A DNA stretch of 64,000 nt, taken from NCBI GenBank assembly GCA_032718475.1, contig JAUCBJ010002497.1:62001-126000 (forward strand). Direction: 5' to 3'. Below are positions 24,048-37,384 of this stretch, piece after piece. How positions within the stretch are numbered: the first letter of the stretch is position 1; each line of letters opens with the position of its first letter. Made by a program: the position numbers and the translations under genes. This DNA is from Nemertoderma westbladi (lineage: Eukaryota; Animalia; Xenacoelomorpha). The notes beneath the pieces were generated by a model that had not been told where the DNA came from, ran no database searches, and saw only the letters and a program-made list of their open reading frames with translations.

Positions 24048-25123
24048 TTACGTTGGGGAGTCCCTAGATGTTTTTTGGATTAGGGAGGTGGTCGTGGGAA
24101 GAGTATCTTGCCTTCCATAGTTTCCAGACAGTTCTCGGTCTCTTTCCAGTAAACATAAACGACCAACTGGGCGATTGAGCTGCTGTGTCTCGAAGACAAT
24201 TCCAGGTTTCCTCTTCGTCCTGGAATAGTGACGATAGAAACATCGCTTCAAATACACGATGGCCTTACAAAGCCGATTCCAGGATCTATAGTGGTCCATC
24301 GCTCCCGGCAGGAGAGGTGAGAGATCTTTCAGTGTCTTTCCCGCTGTCTTCCTCTTGAGAAGCCTGGCTTTCGCCGTCGTCTGTATAACACACTGGTATT
24401 ACCTTTCTCGTAGAAACGGGTTTCTCACTTACCTTATTTTCCGGTGTCTTCTCTCTGGACTGTTTTAGGAGCTGTAATTTTACCTCTCCATCTAAGAATG
24501 ACATGAGATCAGCCATGGTAGGGTCTCTTCGTTATGGTTCCATCATATATAACACTTTCTTGTCCCAGCGTGTACCTACTCCACCTTTGGGCAAAGTAGA
24601 TGCTAAGGCTCCTACAACCATAGAATTCTGGTATCTTACCTAACCAATCTAGTTGTCTACAGATCTCCTGAATCTCGTCGGAAAACTCTATAATCCCGCT
24701 GCTAAGAAACTTTCGGGGCGCCATTAATTTCGCATATAAATACCTAGCTATGTTAGTCCTATTACCATACCTGATGTTTAGTGTATCCCAAACTTGTCTT
24801 AATCCATCTGGATGTCCAATAAACTTTAACGCCATTAACTTGGGAGATCCTTCCAAGCACTCGATGAGGAATCTCAGTTTCTCTCCGTTAGATAGCACAG
24901 AGTTCTGTATGTTATTTTTGTAATATTCATTAAAAGGTAACCATTTCATCTCATCTCCATTGAACTTGACGATCTCTCCCACCTTTACCGCTTGACGGGC
25001 TTCGGTTCTAGCCATTTGACGCGTAAAACTTTCTTGGGCCAACGTGTTATTTAATATCGAGTTATCGGTATATAAATTTCTCGGATTATTATCAAGTCTA
25101 TATGGAATATCATTGTCAACAGG
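24048..25123 (-). pseudogene. E1 gag 3' part, fused by deletion to post-RNase H sequence
   Basis: IVKFNGDEMKWLPF...EKLRFLIECLEG...VWDTLNIRYG (Pao gag core). Highly similar to E3 42880-43690, then jumps to sequence equivalent to E3 47760-48035. Confidence 0.85.
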
Positions 25124-25258
25124 TTTATTATAGAATTATATTCTCTAAATGCCGTGGATTTTCAAAATTTTATTTTATTCGAATTTACTTTGTTATAAAG
25201 ATTACATTAAGTCCTCATTTGTATTTACTATATCTATTTATACGATGATTATTCAAGT

Positions 25259-25343
25259 GGTTCAGTAGCTCAGTCGGTAAAGCGTTGGAAATTATATGTA
25301 GTAGGTATTGAGTTCGAATCCTTGTAGGTGTGAATTATTTTTT
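25259..25343 (+). promoter_or_regulatory. tRNA-like Pol III internal promoter (A box, B box, T6) in the E2 LTR; second copy at 56291-56375
   Basis: A box tagctcagtcgg, B box gagttcgaatcc at tRNA-like spacing, T6 run at 25338-25343. No pairing acceptor stem. Confidence 0.65.
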
Positions 25344-25409
25344 GTGCAGAATTTCAACTCATTTAAATTGACCGCTACAAATTAAATTGCATTTGCCTGT
25401 ACCTAGATT

Positions 25410-25612
25410 AACCAATGGGACTGTAGTTATTAGATAGTAACCAATGTCGTGCAAGTTGTATATTCGCTGGACCAATAGTTATCTTTAAAAACCTATTAGA
25501 ACTCATAGAACAATCGAGAATTTTCTCGATTGATTGCAGCACAAATTTGCTATATAAGGTGCGATTTCGTTCATTAGTTATTCTAATTAGTTTATAATCT
25601 TTTGTAATAAAA
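25410..25612 (+). promoter_or_regulatory. Candidate Pol II promoter and polyA signal of the E2 LTR
   Basis: Three CCAAT motifs (~25412, 25441, 25472), TATATAA at 25551 and AATAAA at ~25606. Confidence 0.5.
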
Positions 25613-26965
25613 GTTAGAAATACTTGTTACATCTGCCCTTTTCTATCCTGTTTTACTACGGTGAACTTAACTGAGGGACAAGATGGCAGGCTAAACATCG
25701 GGCCACAGCAGTGAACGGGAACATCTGAGGAATGTAGAAAGGAGACAACCCGCAATATCATTCTTGAGTTATTCGCCCATCGCCTGAAAGGTTAGACAGC
25801 GTTCAATGCCTTGCTACCTAAGTATAAGACCAAAGATCGAATGTAGAGGTAGTAACACGCTGTGCGCTAAAAATTACATCTAGGGACCGTACTGTCTTAA
25901 TTCAGAGAAAACCCGCAGTAGACCTTCATATTCCTACGGGGGAGAGGAGAGCAGGCAGAGATACTAGTACACAGATAGGACGTAGGCACACCGGTACAAG
26001 GCATACACATTGGTAGGGTGCAGCAAACTGTACGCCTAACTCTTGCCAAGTACAGGTGCGCCTGTGACTATTTGTAGTACAACGGTGTCCATTGCATTAG
26101 AACTTGTAGGCCAGAAGGGTTACTGTGTTTTACCTGAATTAGGATTGTACCGTTCAGGCGGTAGGGCAGTTTACAACTAGGCGCAAAATAAATTGAGGCT
26201 ATTTAGGGATACTAACATCTACCGTGTCCCCGCCAACATTCTGTTAGGAAGTTGCTGTACCCATCTAGGCAACCAAAATTCTAGATAGGAACACCAGGCT
26301 AGCTATTAGTAACTGTACGCCTACTGTAGTAAACTAACACATTTCATCTTAGTATTAGGGACCTGGTAAATTAAATTGCCGAATTCTGGGCGTAGTATTA
26401 ACCTTATGCCTGAATTTGAGTCCTGGAAATACAAAAAAGGGAAGGAGCCTTATCATTCGTGAGTATTGGACCTACAAGTTACAAAATTAGAATATTCGTA
26501 AAATGTACACCGGACCCAGTAATTATATATATGAAGGAGCAAAACTGACTTTGACTGTTTAGAATTAACACGCGCGCGTTAGAAATTATTTACACCTCAA
26601 AATACATAAAATTAACTTTTGTCCGTACTGCGCTTTGCCCGCTAGTTAGACATCTCTAGATCTCTGCACCTAGCTAGCGTCTTTTTCGCCCAACCATATA
26701 AATCACACCGCGGCAAAGTATATGAGCGCCCTTAGTCCGTCAGTGAGTCAGCCTGATTTTAGGATTCGCTGCGCGGGATTTTGTTTTATCGAAGTTTGTC
26801 CGTTCGTAGACTGTTTTCTGCCTCACCGGTTATAAGAGACCGATACTGCAATATATATTCGCTTACTTGGAGTTTACTGTTTTGGTGAGAAGGTCGGATT
26901 ATGATTTGATTCACAAACTTTACAGTAGGATATTGCAGGGTATTTTGTTACTGTCTCTTCGCATA

Positions 26966-26976
26966 GTAGGAATATG
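26966..26976 (+). promoter_or_regulatory. E2 primer-binding-site position, complementary to its own LTR rather than tRNA-like
   Basis: gtaggaatatg is the reverse complement of catattcctac at 25927-25937 and 56959-56969. Confidence 0.75.
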
Positions 26977-29567
26977 TTTTACTGAACTACGGTTCGGTAG
27001 GACTAAAGTTATTTGAAAATTCTGTATTTTGAGGTAAAAGTTTATATTTGATTAGCTAAGTGCTAATTTTTTGAAATAAAATTTTGATTTGAACCGCGTG
27101 TAAAATATTTTGGAATTGAATACCGGTGTTTAAAAAGGGTTTAAATACCATATTGTACCGGTACAAAATTTTCGTAAAAGTAAAACTTAACTCTTTTGTT
27201 TTTCAGGATTCAGAGCTCATTTCTAGACTGTAACGAGAGCAAGACCGTGTTTAGCAAGTTTCCGAGATAGATAACTCAACAACTTTGGTTGGGAAAATCG
27301 CACTTCGTCCGCAACGCTGGAAACGGAAAGGTTCACGTCCGGTTTGTATCTGGGAATCTGTTTTTCTGGAGAATCATTGGAGGGGGTGAGTTCGAAAAGT
27401 TGCATAAATAAGTTAGGCATTACCGTATTAGTTAAAATTATTGTGGGTTCCACTGTCTCAAGTATTTATGCATTCCGTACGATTTCTTTGTTTATTGCTG
27501 AATTAGTCCGTATTATTGTATTTAATTTACCTTTTGATAACGTATATCGTTTCTGATTTATTTGTTATAAAATTGGCCGGTAGGCTAATTTTATTATATA
27601 CTTATTCCGTGACATTTATTTGCTGTAAAATTGGCCGCTAGGCTAATTTTATCCATCTGCTATAAAATCGGCCGGTAGGCTAATTTTATATGACTGTAAT
27701 TAATACCGTTTTGATACAAATACGGTAAGTTTGATACTTTGACACTCACTTTACTTGACTTACAACTACCGAAATGAGTGACAAACAAGACTATACGAAG
27801 AATACACAAACCGACTATGACTCATGTAACGCGGATAAGTCAGAAGCGGAAGAACCACAGGGGAAGACTCGTGAGCCTACCGAACCTACACCGTGCGCGT
27901 CACCAGTACATCCAACGGGAGTACCGGATGCCGTAGTACGAGGCGACGGCAGGACCGAGGATTTTCTAACGGTCCCGCAACCTAGATATAGGGAAACGGA
28001 CATGGTAAGTTCAGTAGGAAGCCAGGAAAGCGTTGTTAGAAGCGTCGGAGGTTACATGGCGCATATTACTAGGAGTATTGGAGAAGGCCAACGCATATTA
28101 GACGAGTTGACCGCTCCGATGTCTCGATTCGAGTTCTACACTCTACAGGTGAGAGTACAAAGCAGAGTACATAAGTCCGTAGATAATCTAATTGGTCTAC
28201 AAGATCTAGCTAGACAGAGACAGGATATGGACACACAGTTTAGAATCCTCGAGAAATTAATGATCGCTAGAGAGAAACTGATTCAGTTTAAGACGACCGT
28301 TAGACAGATACAACAGGAACAAGCAGACCAGTTGCTAGGTGAGTCGGTTTCCGACGAGTTATTACAGCCCGAGGAAGAACAGGAACTGTACCGACTGGAT
28401 GGACAATTGAAACATCTGACGGATCACTTACGTATGTGCGGCGAAGACGTCGGCGATTTGGAAACCGTGCCGGAATATACGAGGGGAACTTCACCCGTAC
28501 AAATCGAATCGGCACCGGAAATACTGGACCAATCGTTAGTGAGTATTCGCAGCGAAATTGGCGAGGTAAGTATAGTGACGTCAGAAATTTCTAGACAGCA
28601 ACAACAGTACCACAGACAACAACGAGAAATGGAAGAACAAACTCAATTGTTAACTGTACAAGCAGCTGTAGAGGAAGAGAAGCTACGCGTTGCAAATGTT
28701 GCGAGAATTTCTCATCTGCAAGAACAAGCCGAGTTGGAAGCGGCTGAGATGGAAAGGTTGGAGCTAGAAATAGCACAAAGAACAGCAGCAGCGGAGTTAG
28801 CGCAACGAGCGGCAGCAGCCGAGTTGGAACGACAAGCGGCAGCGGCTGAGTTGGAACGACAAGTGGCAGCAGCGGAGTTAGACAAACAAAGGCGAGTTTC
28901 GGAAGCCCGAGCCGAGTTGAAAAAACGACAAATAAAGGCTCAATCAGCTATACGACAAGCGGAGTTCGAGGCGCAACAACAACAGACGGAACAACGTGAG
29001 AAGGAAGTTAAACTTCATTTCGAACTCGAAAGGAAGGCGAGAGAACTAGCCGAAGCCAAGGAAAATCTGGATCTTCTAGCCCGCGATCGATCGATGAGAT
29101 CTCGTGACGGACATGATTTGGACCAGATAGAGGTAAGGCACCGTCAAATTCAGGAACGAATGAAGGAAGGAAGTGTAGGGGCACCTGGGCGAGAAAGACA
29201 ATTAGTTAAAGACTTATGTCAAAGATTCCCTCAAGTAACTCCTATGTTTGCACCAGTTACGACTAAGGAACCTGTTTCGATTGCGGGTAGTAGTAATATT
29301 TCTCCTATCCATTGTGCGACGGAACACAGGTTTGTTATTCCGGACAAGTTCATACCGCCAAGAGCAACACCGTCGCCTATTCTGAAAGTCAAGGTAAGTA
29401 ACCCACCGATTACCGATCGTAGTAGTTTATTGCCCGGACCTGCACTACTAACGACAAAACAGGTGAGTCCACCTTCGACACCAAAACCCGTTACGCACTA
29501 CACATACCCAATGACGTTTAGGCCTACAAGGCCTTTAGATTCAAACGCTGTCACTCGACCACCGGTT

Positions 29568-30057
29568 CAGTTTACATCGCAATCTACGACTTCGAGGAAG
29601 ACCTGCGAGCCTACCGAACAATGGAGACCAGTGGATACGCGACCGTTTAATCAGTTTACATCGCAATCTACGACTTCGAGGAAGACCTGCGAGCCTACCG
29701 AACAACGGAGACCAGTGGATACGCGACCGTTTAATCAGTTTACATCGCAATCTACGACTTCGTGGAAGACCTGAGAGCCTACCGAACAATGGAGACCAGT
29801 GGATACGCGACCGTTTAATCAGTTTACATCGCAATCTACGACTTTGAGGAAGACCTGCGAGCCTACCGAACAACGGAGACCAGTGGATACGCGACCGTTT
29901 AATCAGTTTACATCGCAATCTACGACTTCGAGGAAGACCTGCGAGCCTACCGAACAACGGAGACCAGTGGATACGCGACCGTTTAATCAGTTTACATCGC
30001 AATCTACGACTTCGAGGAAGACCTGCGAGCCTACCGAACAACGGAGACCAGTGGATG
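29568..30057 (+). repeat. 84-bp coding tandem repeat (~6 copies) in E2 gag
   Basis: Encodes QFTSQSTTSRKTCEPTEQRRPVDTRPFN; the third copy has TGC>TGA. Confidence 0.95.
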
Positions 30058-33000
30058 ATGTTCCGAAGCGGAACGTTAGAATTCGGACGACGCAACGGAC
30101 ACGAGCACGTCGACCACCGTATCCAGGTGACAGTAGTACTTCAAGCGAGTCGGATTACCCGAAACGCGAGGTATTTAGAACAGGAGCGGCCGACGAATGT
30201 AAACGTGAGCGTTCAGATAATTTATTTATCGATAATCCTCCACAAAATACACCAATACAAAGGGCGTTACAACCAACGGATGCGATCAGTACTCAACAAT
30301 TTGCCGACATTCTGAGACCAGTTGTCAACAAGTTGGCCCAGATCGAGGAACGCTTGGAGGAAGTTCACACCGACAGTTCGAGAAACACCGAATTCGAACA
30401 CTCTAGACACCCGAACATTCAGCAAAGACCGACACCTTTGAGGAACACCTCGAATCAAAGAAAAGCGCCAAGAAGAGAGAACATCAACCAGGTTGCCAAC
30501 CCAGGACGCGAAACTTTGAACGTTGCCGAGGAAATAGCGAAATTCGCAGCTAGACAAGGACTACCGGTGCAACAACCACCTAAGTTTTCCAGTAACTCTA
30601 AACATTGGCACACTTTTGTAGACTACATTGAATCTCAGATTGCTGTGTGTGCTTTTACATCGAGAGAAAAATTCAACTACCTGTTACAAACGCTGACGGG
30701 AGAACTGAAACGTCTAGCGGAGACTTTTGTCGGTGTACCAGATGCCTTCGAATTAGCGTACGATCGCTTAACATCGATTTACGGAGGCACCGTAAGTATG
30801 GCTAAGTCAGTGATAGAAGAACTCTGTAAGGGGGGGGCTATTACAAAACCCGTTGACTTACTGAAATTGGCTGACGAGATTAAAAACGCCATTACTACAC
30901 TACGCTCAATTGGACAACTTGACTACGCAAACACTCCTACAGTCCTATTGAAAATAATAGGAAGATTGCACCATCGACTTCGTCGGGAGTGGCGAAAAAT
31001 CGAATATCAGCGAGAAGAACGAGGTGGATTCTTGAAGTTGGAAGATGTCTACTTATTGATATCCAGAGAGGCAGTAGTGGAGACTCGTTCGAACTACACG
31101 GACCAACACATCGTAGCAGAAGGAATCACCCTACCGTCATCAAACAGACAGAAACCACCAATGACATCCACAAAGACGGTCACCTACGCTACACCGACCG
31201 AAACCCGACAATTTTCAGACGGTAGTAAAGTGTCTGCACCTATAGGGACCAAACAGACCAGACAACAACTAACTGCCGACTTCAGCGGTTGCCAATATTG
31301 CGAACGGATTGGTAAGCGACATACTAGCCACAACTTAAGGGGATGTCGACTATTCCGTGAATTAAACTCAGAGGAACGACGGCTTCAAATAAGACCGTTA
31401 GATTCTTGTTGGCGGTGTACGCAACATGGACATGTCCGTAAGGACTGCCCAAATACAGACACCTGTCCTTACTGTGGACGCAACCATGACGGTCTGCGCC
31501 ACATGGACAGTCATACGCCGACCAAACGCTTCATAAGGGAACACCCGGAAGCTGCAGCAAAATGCAATAGTGCATACAAAACACGCGAATCGAGAACAAC
31601 ACCAACATTCGTGACGCATATTAGGGATTGCTTCTCAGAACAATCCGGATCATCAGATGAAGAGTCGGAAGACGACGACGTTTATTTCGGTACTGGGGAC
31701 GAACAACCATCGATTGCACTTCTGACGCCTGATCAACTAAAGGGGTTTAGTGTAATTCCCGTTAAGATTACAGGCACAAAGGGGAGCAAAAGGATCTACG
31801 CTATCCTAGATTCAGCCTCATCTCACAGCTACGTAGATGAGAAGGTAGCTGATGTCGTCACAGATCTCAGACAAGGTAAGCACATAAAGTACACTGTAAG
31901 TAGTATGCATGGACAACATGCAATACCAGTGACACGAGTTAAGTTAAACTTGGACACCCTTCTTCCGAAATCGCAACATAGCGAAAAGGAGAGGTCTTTG
32001 TTACCCTTTAAGGATTTGACTTTTGCGGCCACCAAGGACTTTAGTAACCTACTGGGTCCAGTGCCGGAACAATCCCTAGATGACCGTAAGTATTTCAGAC
32101 ACCTCGGTGTACCTGAATGTCCTGTCAACTATAGGTCGGTAGCAATGCTGATCGGGACGGACCAATTCAACCTACATCAAGTGTGGGAAACCAGACCATC
32201 GGTAGTCGTAGCGGGAAACGTTTACGCCTGTAGAACTCCGATAGGGTGGTATACTCGAGCGCCTGTGCGCACACTGGATATAAGTGATGAGGAAGACGAT
32301 GTACAAAGTACATGTAGTTTACTAACTACAACTTCGATTCATTCCTTTTCACCTGACATAGACTATACTACACTACGTTCGACAAAACACGACAACGTTA
32401 CAGGTACGACGTGTGTAGCAAATACGATAAGTCACAAAGAGCAGCCAATCCACAAGGTTAGTATAGAGCGTGAGAAGAAGACGAGTCAGGCAGAGGTTCC
32501 ATCGACGACAGATGATAACGCCGGAAGGCTTGCGAGTCTATCTACACCAATAACTTTAATGATGCCCGTCGATATCGATGTTGACACATTAAAGAATTGT
32601 CAAGTGGAACAAGCTGAACTAGACAAAGAGTTAACAGAGAAAACTATCAGGTGGTTAGAACAAGATACAGCAGAACCCGGTAGTTACGAACCGTGTATGT
32701 CGGAACAAGAGAAACAATCTTTGAAGATCATGGAAGATACTATCTGCCAGACGAAAGACGGACATTATGAGGTAGGGATGCTATGGCGTAACCAACGTCC
32801 TAAACTTACAAATAACTATCCGCTAGCCTTACGACGCTTACACTCAATACGACAACGTTTATTGAAGGACGAGAAAGCCCATCTGCAGTATAATACTCAG
32901 ATGGAGACGTATTTGACTAAAGGATACGCTATCAGGATGACAAACCCAGAGATTATGACAGACCAGACATACTATTTGCCACATCACTACGTGAGACACC

Positions 33001-34544
33001 CCGACAAACCTGATAAAGTACGCGTAGTTAACGACTGCGCGGCCCTGTTTGAAGGAATGTCTCTCAACAGTGAGTTGATGGATGGACCAAACATGAATAA
33101 TTATCTCATGGGGGTGATTATGCGCTTCCGTCAGCGCCAAGTAGCATTTACTTGTGACGTAGAAGTGATGTTTCACCAAGTGCGAGCGTTAGAGCGAGAC
33201 AGAGACAGTTTGAGGTTCCTCTGGTACCCGGATGGAGACTTAAGTCAACCACCGGCGACTTACCAAATGCAAGTTCGCGTTTTCGGTGCCAGGGACAGCC
33301 CAAACTGCACTATGTACGCCCTAAAACAGACTGCTAGGGATCAGAAACATATGTATGACCCAGAGGTAATCCAGATCGTTACAGAGTTGTGACACAGTAG
33401 AAAGTGCTATAACAGTAACACATCAATTACGGGACTGTTTAGCAGGCGGAGGTTTTAACCTCACTAAGTTTGCCTCAAACAGCACTGAATTGGTAAATTC
33501 ATTCGAAACGACTGAACGTGGGGGTGGGGACATTGACTTAGAGTTCGAACCACTGCCGACGACCAAGGTGTTGGGACTATTTTGGGACCCGAACACAGAC
33601 AACTTTCGAGTGAAAGTAAAACTGGACGCTGAAGGAGATTCTCTGACAAAGAGGTCTTGCTTGTCGAAACTAAGCAGACTGTTCGACCCTTTAGGTTTCA
33701 TCAGCCCAATAATACTGCAAGCAAGAATATATATGCGCAGTATTTGGAAAGATGGACTGACATGGGACGAACCGATCTCATCCGAACAAGTGGACTTATG
33801 GAAGACTTGGGAGGCGCAATTATCTTCGCTAGAGGATTATTCCATACCCCGGGTGTACTTTCCATTACAGACGACATTTCCTGACAACTTAGAATTACAT
33901 TGTTTTTCCGACGCCAGTGACAACGGCTTTGGTGTGACAGCGTACTTGCGCAGACAAGTAGACTCAGACGAGTTTGATATTTCGCTCATTACTTCTAAGG
34001 CTAAAACAATGCCTACTAAGTATATGACGACACCACGCGCTGAGCTACAAGCCGCAACTCTGTCAACGACCATTGTAAACCTCATACAGACGGAACTACA
34101 GTCAAGTTTACAGATATTTTATTGGACTGACGCGACGTTAGTTTTATTTTATATAAACAACGACACACTTGAATTCAAGACATTCGTAGCTAACCGTCGT
34201 GCAGAAATTCTAGACCGTTCAATAAAGGAAGATTGGCGACATTGTCCCGGACCACAAAATCCAGCCGATATTGCGTCACGAGGAATGATGCCTGAGGAAT
34301 TCTGTAAACCGGAAAACAAGAAATTTTGGCAACACGGACCACAATTCTTACAAAGAGCAACACAACATTGGCCGCCACTTTATGATAACAAGTTTAATAC
34401 TATTCCTAAGGACGCCGAAATTAAAAAACCAAAGAAAGGTAAAGCGAAGAAAAAGACAACGGCGAAACTTAAGAAGAAACCAAAGGCGAAATGGAAGAAT
34501 ATAACTCACAAAGTTAGGGCAGGAAGACTTGCGAGCCTTTCTCA

Positions 34545-34750
34545 ACCAGACGTATCGCCAGACGGTCAACCAGACATGTTACCAGACGGTCAACCAGACG
34601 TATCGCCAGACGGTCAACCAGACACGTTACCAGACGGTCAACCAGATGTATCGCCAGACGGTCAACCAGACACGTTATTAGACGATCAACCAGACATTTT
34701 GCCAGACGTGTCACTAGACGTTTTGCCGGATGTTCCGCGAAACATTTTAC
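34545..34750 (+). repeat. 24-bp coding tandem repeat (PDGQPDVS/TL) in the E2 RNase H-integrase linker
   Basis: ccagacggtcaaccagac(g/a)... units. Confidence 0.9.
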
Positions 34751-37384
34751 CAGACATTAGTAACGTAGCGACACATAGTAAAGCCGCAATTTCCCTATTG
34801 GAGCGGCCTTCTATTGACAAACTACCAAACTTGACACCCTTGAGTAACCATAAGTACATTGAAACCTCATGTATTACAGATGTGGGTAGTACCTACGCTA
34901 ATGTAAATACAGGTGTTACTTTACGCTCAAGAGACATACCAAACTTACAACCTACGGTGAGACCTGGGATTAATATCGGCAGAAAAACAAATTTACCGAA
35001 ACCCAGTGATCCCATAGAGTTAAAACCACCATTAGGGATCGACGCACAAAGTACTGACAATCAAGGTAAGAAGACGAAGAAGGACAAATTACTTGTAGAC
35101 CCGGACGGATCAACAGTCAACAAGGGAATACCTACCGGCGGACTCGTGGGCCCATCTAGTAAAACAAAACCTTCCAAATTCTCCATTGACTTACCTGATG
35201 ACGTCACAAATACTTACGTCGACCGTATTGTAAACCTAACAGATTCTTGGACCAACGCGTGCCGAAAATTAGCGTGGATTGTACGTTTTGTACAGTACGT
35301 TAAAGGCAAACGCGACTTTACACGTTGACTCACATTGACTGAGATTGACAGATGTGAAATTAAATTAATTTGCCATTATCAATTGCGATATTTCGCGCGC
35401 GAATTCACATCTATAAGTCAAGGTCAACCAATCAAGTCGTCACCAATATTGAGTTGGAGTCCGATTATTTATAATGGCTTAATTTGTCATAAATCTCGGC
35501 TTCAAAAATTGACTTTAATACTGGTTTTAGGTACCCAATAATAATACCGCAACATCACGAATTACAACGTGCAATGATACTGGACACACATTTACATCTG
35601 AAACACGCTGGAAGACACCACTGTCTTTCCTACTTACGTACAAGATTTGTATTAATTAGACCCAGTAAAGCGTTAAGTTCAGTGACGCGTATGTGTATTA
35701 TTTGTAAAAAGGTACATTCTAGAATAAGTACCCAAGAAATGAGTGAACTTCCACAAGCACGACTACAGGCATTCAGACCACCTTTCACAGAGACTGGAAT
35801 TGACTGCTTTGGTCCCATACATACGAAACGTGGACGTATACTAGTGAAACGCTGGGGACTGATTTTCACATGCATGTCCAGTAGGGCAGTTCATATTGAA
35901 CGTGTGATGGATCTTTCCACCAACGCCTTTATACTAGCATTGCGGCGATTTATCGCTAGACGCGGACTAGTAAAATGCTTGTACTCAGATCAAGGTACAA
36001 ACTTTGTTGGTGCTCGAAATGAAATTGCTAGAGCCTTTAAGAAATTAGATCATGATCAAATCTCAAACGAACTACGTCCTTACAAGATTGTTTGGAAGTT
36101 TAATCCTCCAGATAGTCCATGGAGAGGCGGAGTCTGGGAGAGATTGATTAGATCTATAAAAACAGCCATGGCAAAAGTAATTCCAGTAAACCACATCTTG
36201 ACAGACGACCAACTGACAACATTGTTTGTTGAAATCGAGGCAATACTAAATACTAGACCAATAGTATTAGTACCCGATGACAAACAATCCCAGTTTGCTT
36301 TAACACCGGCACACCTGCTTATGCAGGCACCGACCACATTAACGCCTATTTCTATTCCAATAGAAAGCGATAGCTACGGTAGAAAAGCGTGGAAAATCAC
36401 GCAACTACTGGCTAACAAATTCTGGGAAATATGGCAAAATCACTATTTGCCCTCTATTTCTGCCAGAACTACCTGGTACAACAAAACTCGCGCTTTAAGA
36501 GTGGGAGATCATGTGCTGTTGGCAGAAGTGAATCTAAAAAAACGCTTCTGGATAACAGGTGTAATTTTAGACACACATCCATCTATGGATGGAGTGATAA
36601 GAACTGTGACTGTACGGACAATTGACGGTCGTACAGTAGACAGACCGACACAACGTCTCGTACTTCTTGAAGAGAAGCGAAACAAGTCTGGAGATTACAA
36701 GTCTCCAACAAATGTTAGTAAATAGTAAGGAGTTTACAAATAGATTTCCACGTACCTGTACACCGTAGTAAGGACAGCGGTAGAATTCCATTGTCTTTAT
36801 ATGTGAACATTGATGGTAGTACCCTTATGTGTCACATAGGAGCGGGATTTGTAGGTATAAGAAATGGAATTCTACTTGGAACTCACAATATTGAGACATT
36901 TTCGAAATTTTAGACAATCCATTTGGATTTGAAAAATTTTAAAATTTTCTCCAGTGAATAGATTTCAGGGTACAGTCGGGTGGATCTTAAAATTAGAGAA
37001 ACAAGAAAGGAAGACTCGCGAGCCTTTCTTAAATTTTAATTAAATTTTACACGGTCTTGTTTCAATAAGTTACGTCGAATAATAGACTTCCCTATATTTA
37101 TTACTAACTCTTGATTGCTTATTTTCTGATAATAGTTTGGGATCAAAAAGTGAGTATTTTAGACTCACAGCCAGTTTAGCCCAAATTCGTTTTTATTTCG
37201 GCAAAAAATTTTAGATAAGAAGCAGCGTGTCATTAAAGAAACTCTAGATCTTAGGCTATGGGTAGGAGGTTAGAGCGTTGTCGAGCCAAAAGGGCAGACG
37301 AAAACTCTCACATCTCCTCACAACTAACAATAAACTCTGTTGTATTCCCTCTAGTAGTATGATTATGTAACCATACCTCTAATA

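Larger units (their letters stand above)
25129..26965 (+). repeat. E2 5' LTR (TAT...ATA termini)
   Basis: Direct repeat of 56161-57997, roughly 20 substitutions counted by eye. Confidence 0.95.
27774..36725 (+). pseudogene. E2 gag-pol polyprotein (BEL/Pao), disrupted by stops at ~29772 and ~35326 and frameshifts at ~33390 and ~35520
   Basis: Gag knuckles CQYC..HNLRGC, CWRCTQHGHVRKDC and CPYCGRNHDGLRH. Protease AILDSASSHSYV. RT YLPHHYV..KVRVVNDC, DVEVMFHQV, FGARDSP. RNase H HCFSDAS, PRAELQA, FVANR, NPADIASRG. Integrase HAG..CIIC, GIDCFGP, SDQGTNFVG, GGVWERLIRS, LTPAHLL. Confidence 0.95.

Noticed and set aside
25259-25331. Functional tRNA gene in the E2 LTR
   Set aside because: Acceptor and anticodon stems do not pair; only the promoter boxes are recognisable.
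25665-25800. Hammerhead-like ribozyme in the E2 LTR (ctgag...gaaa)
   Set aside because: No CTGATGA core with supporting stems could be built by eye; a covariance-model search would be needed.
29772-29774. Programmed stop read-through between the 666- and 1197-aa ORFs
   Set aside because: The TGA is a TGC>TGA point change in one unit of a tandem repeat within gag, not a gag-pol boundary.
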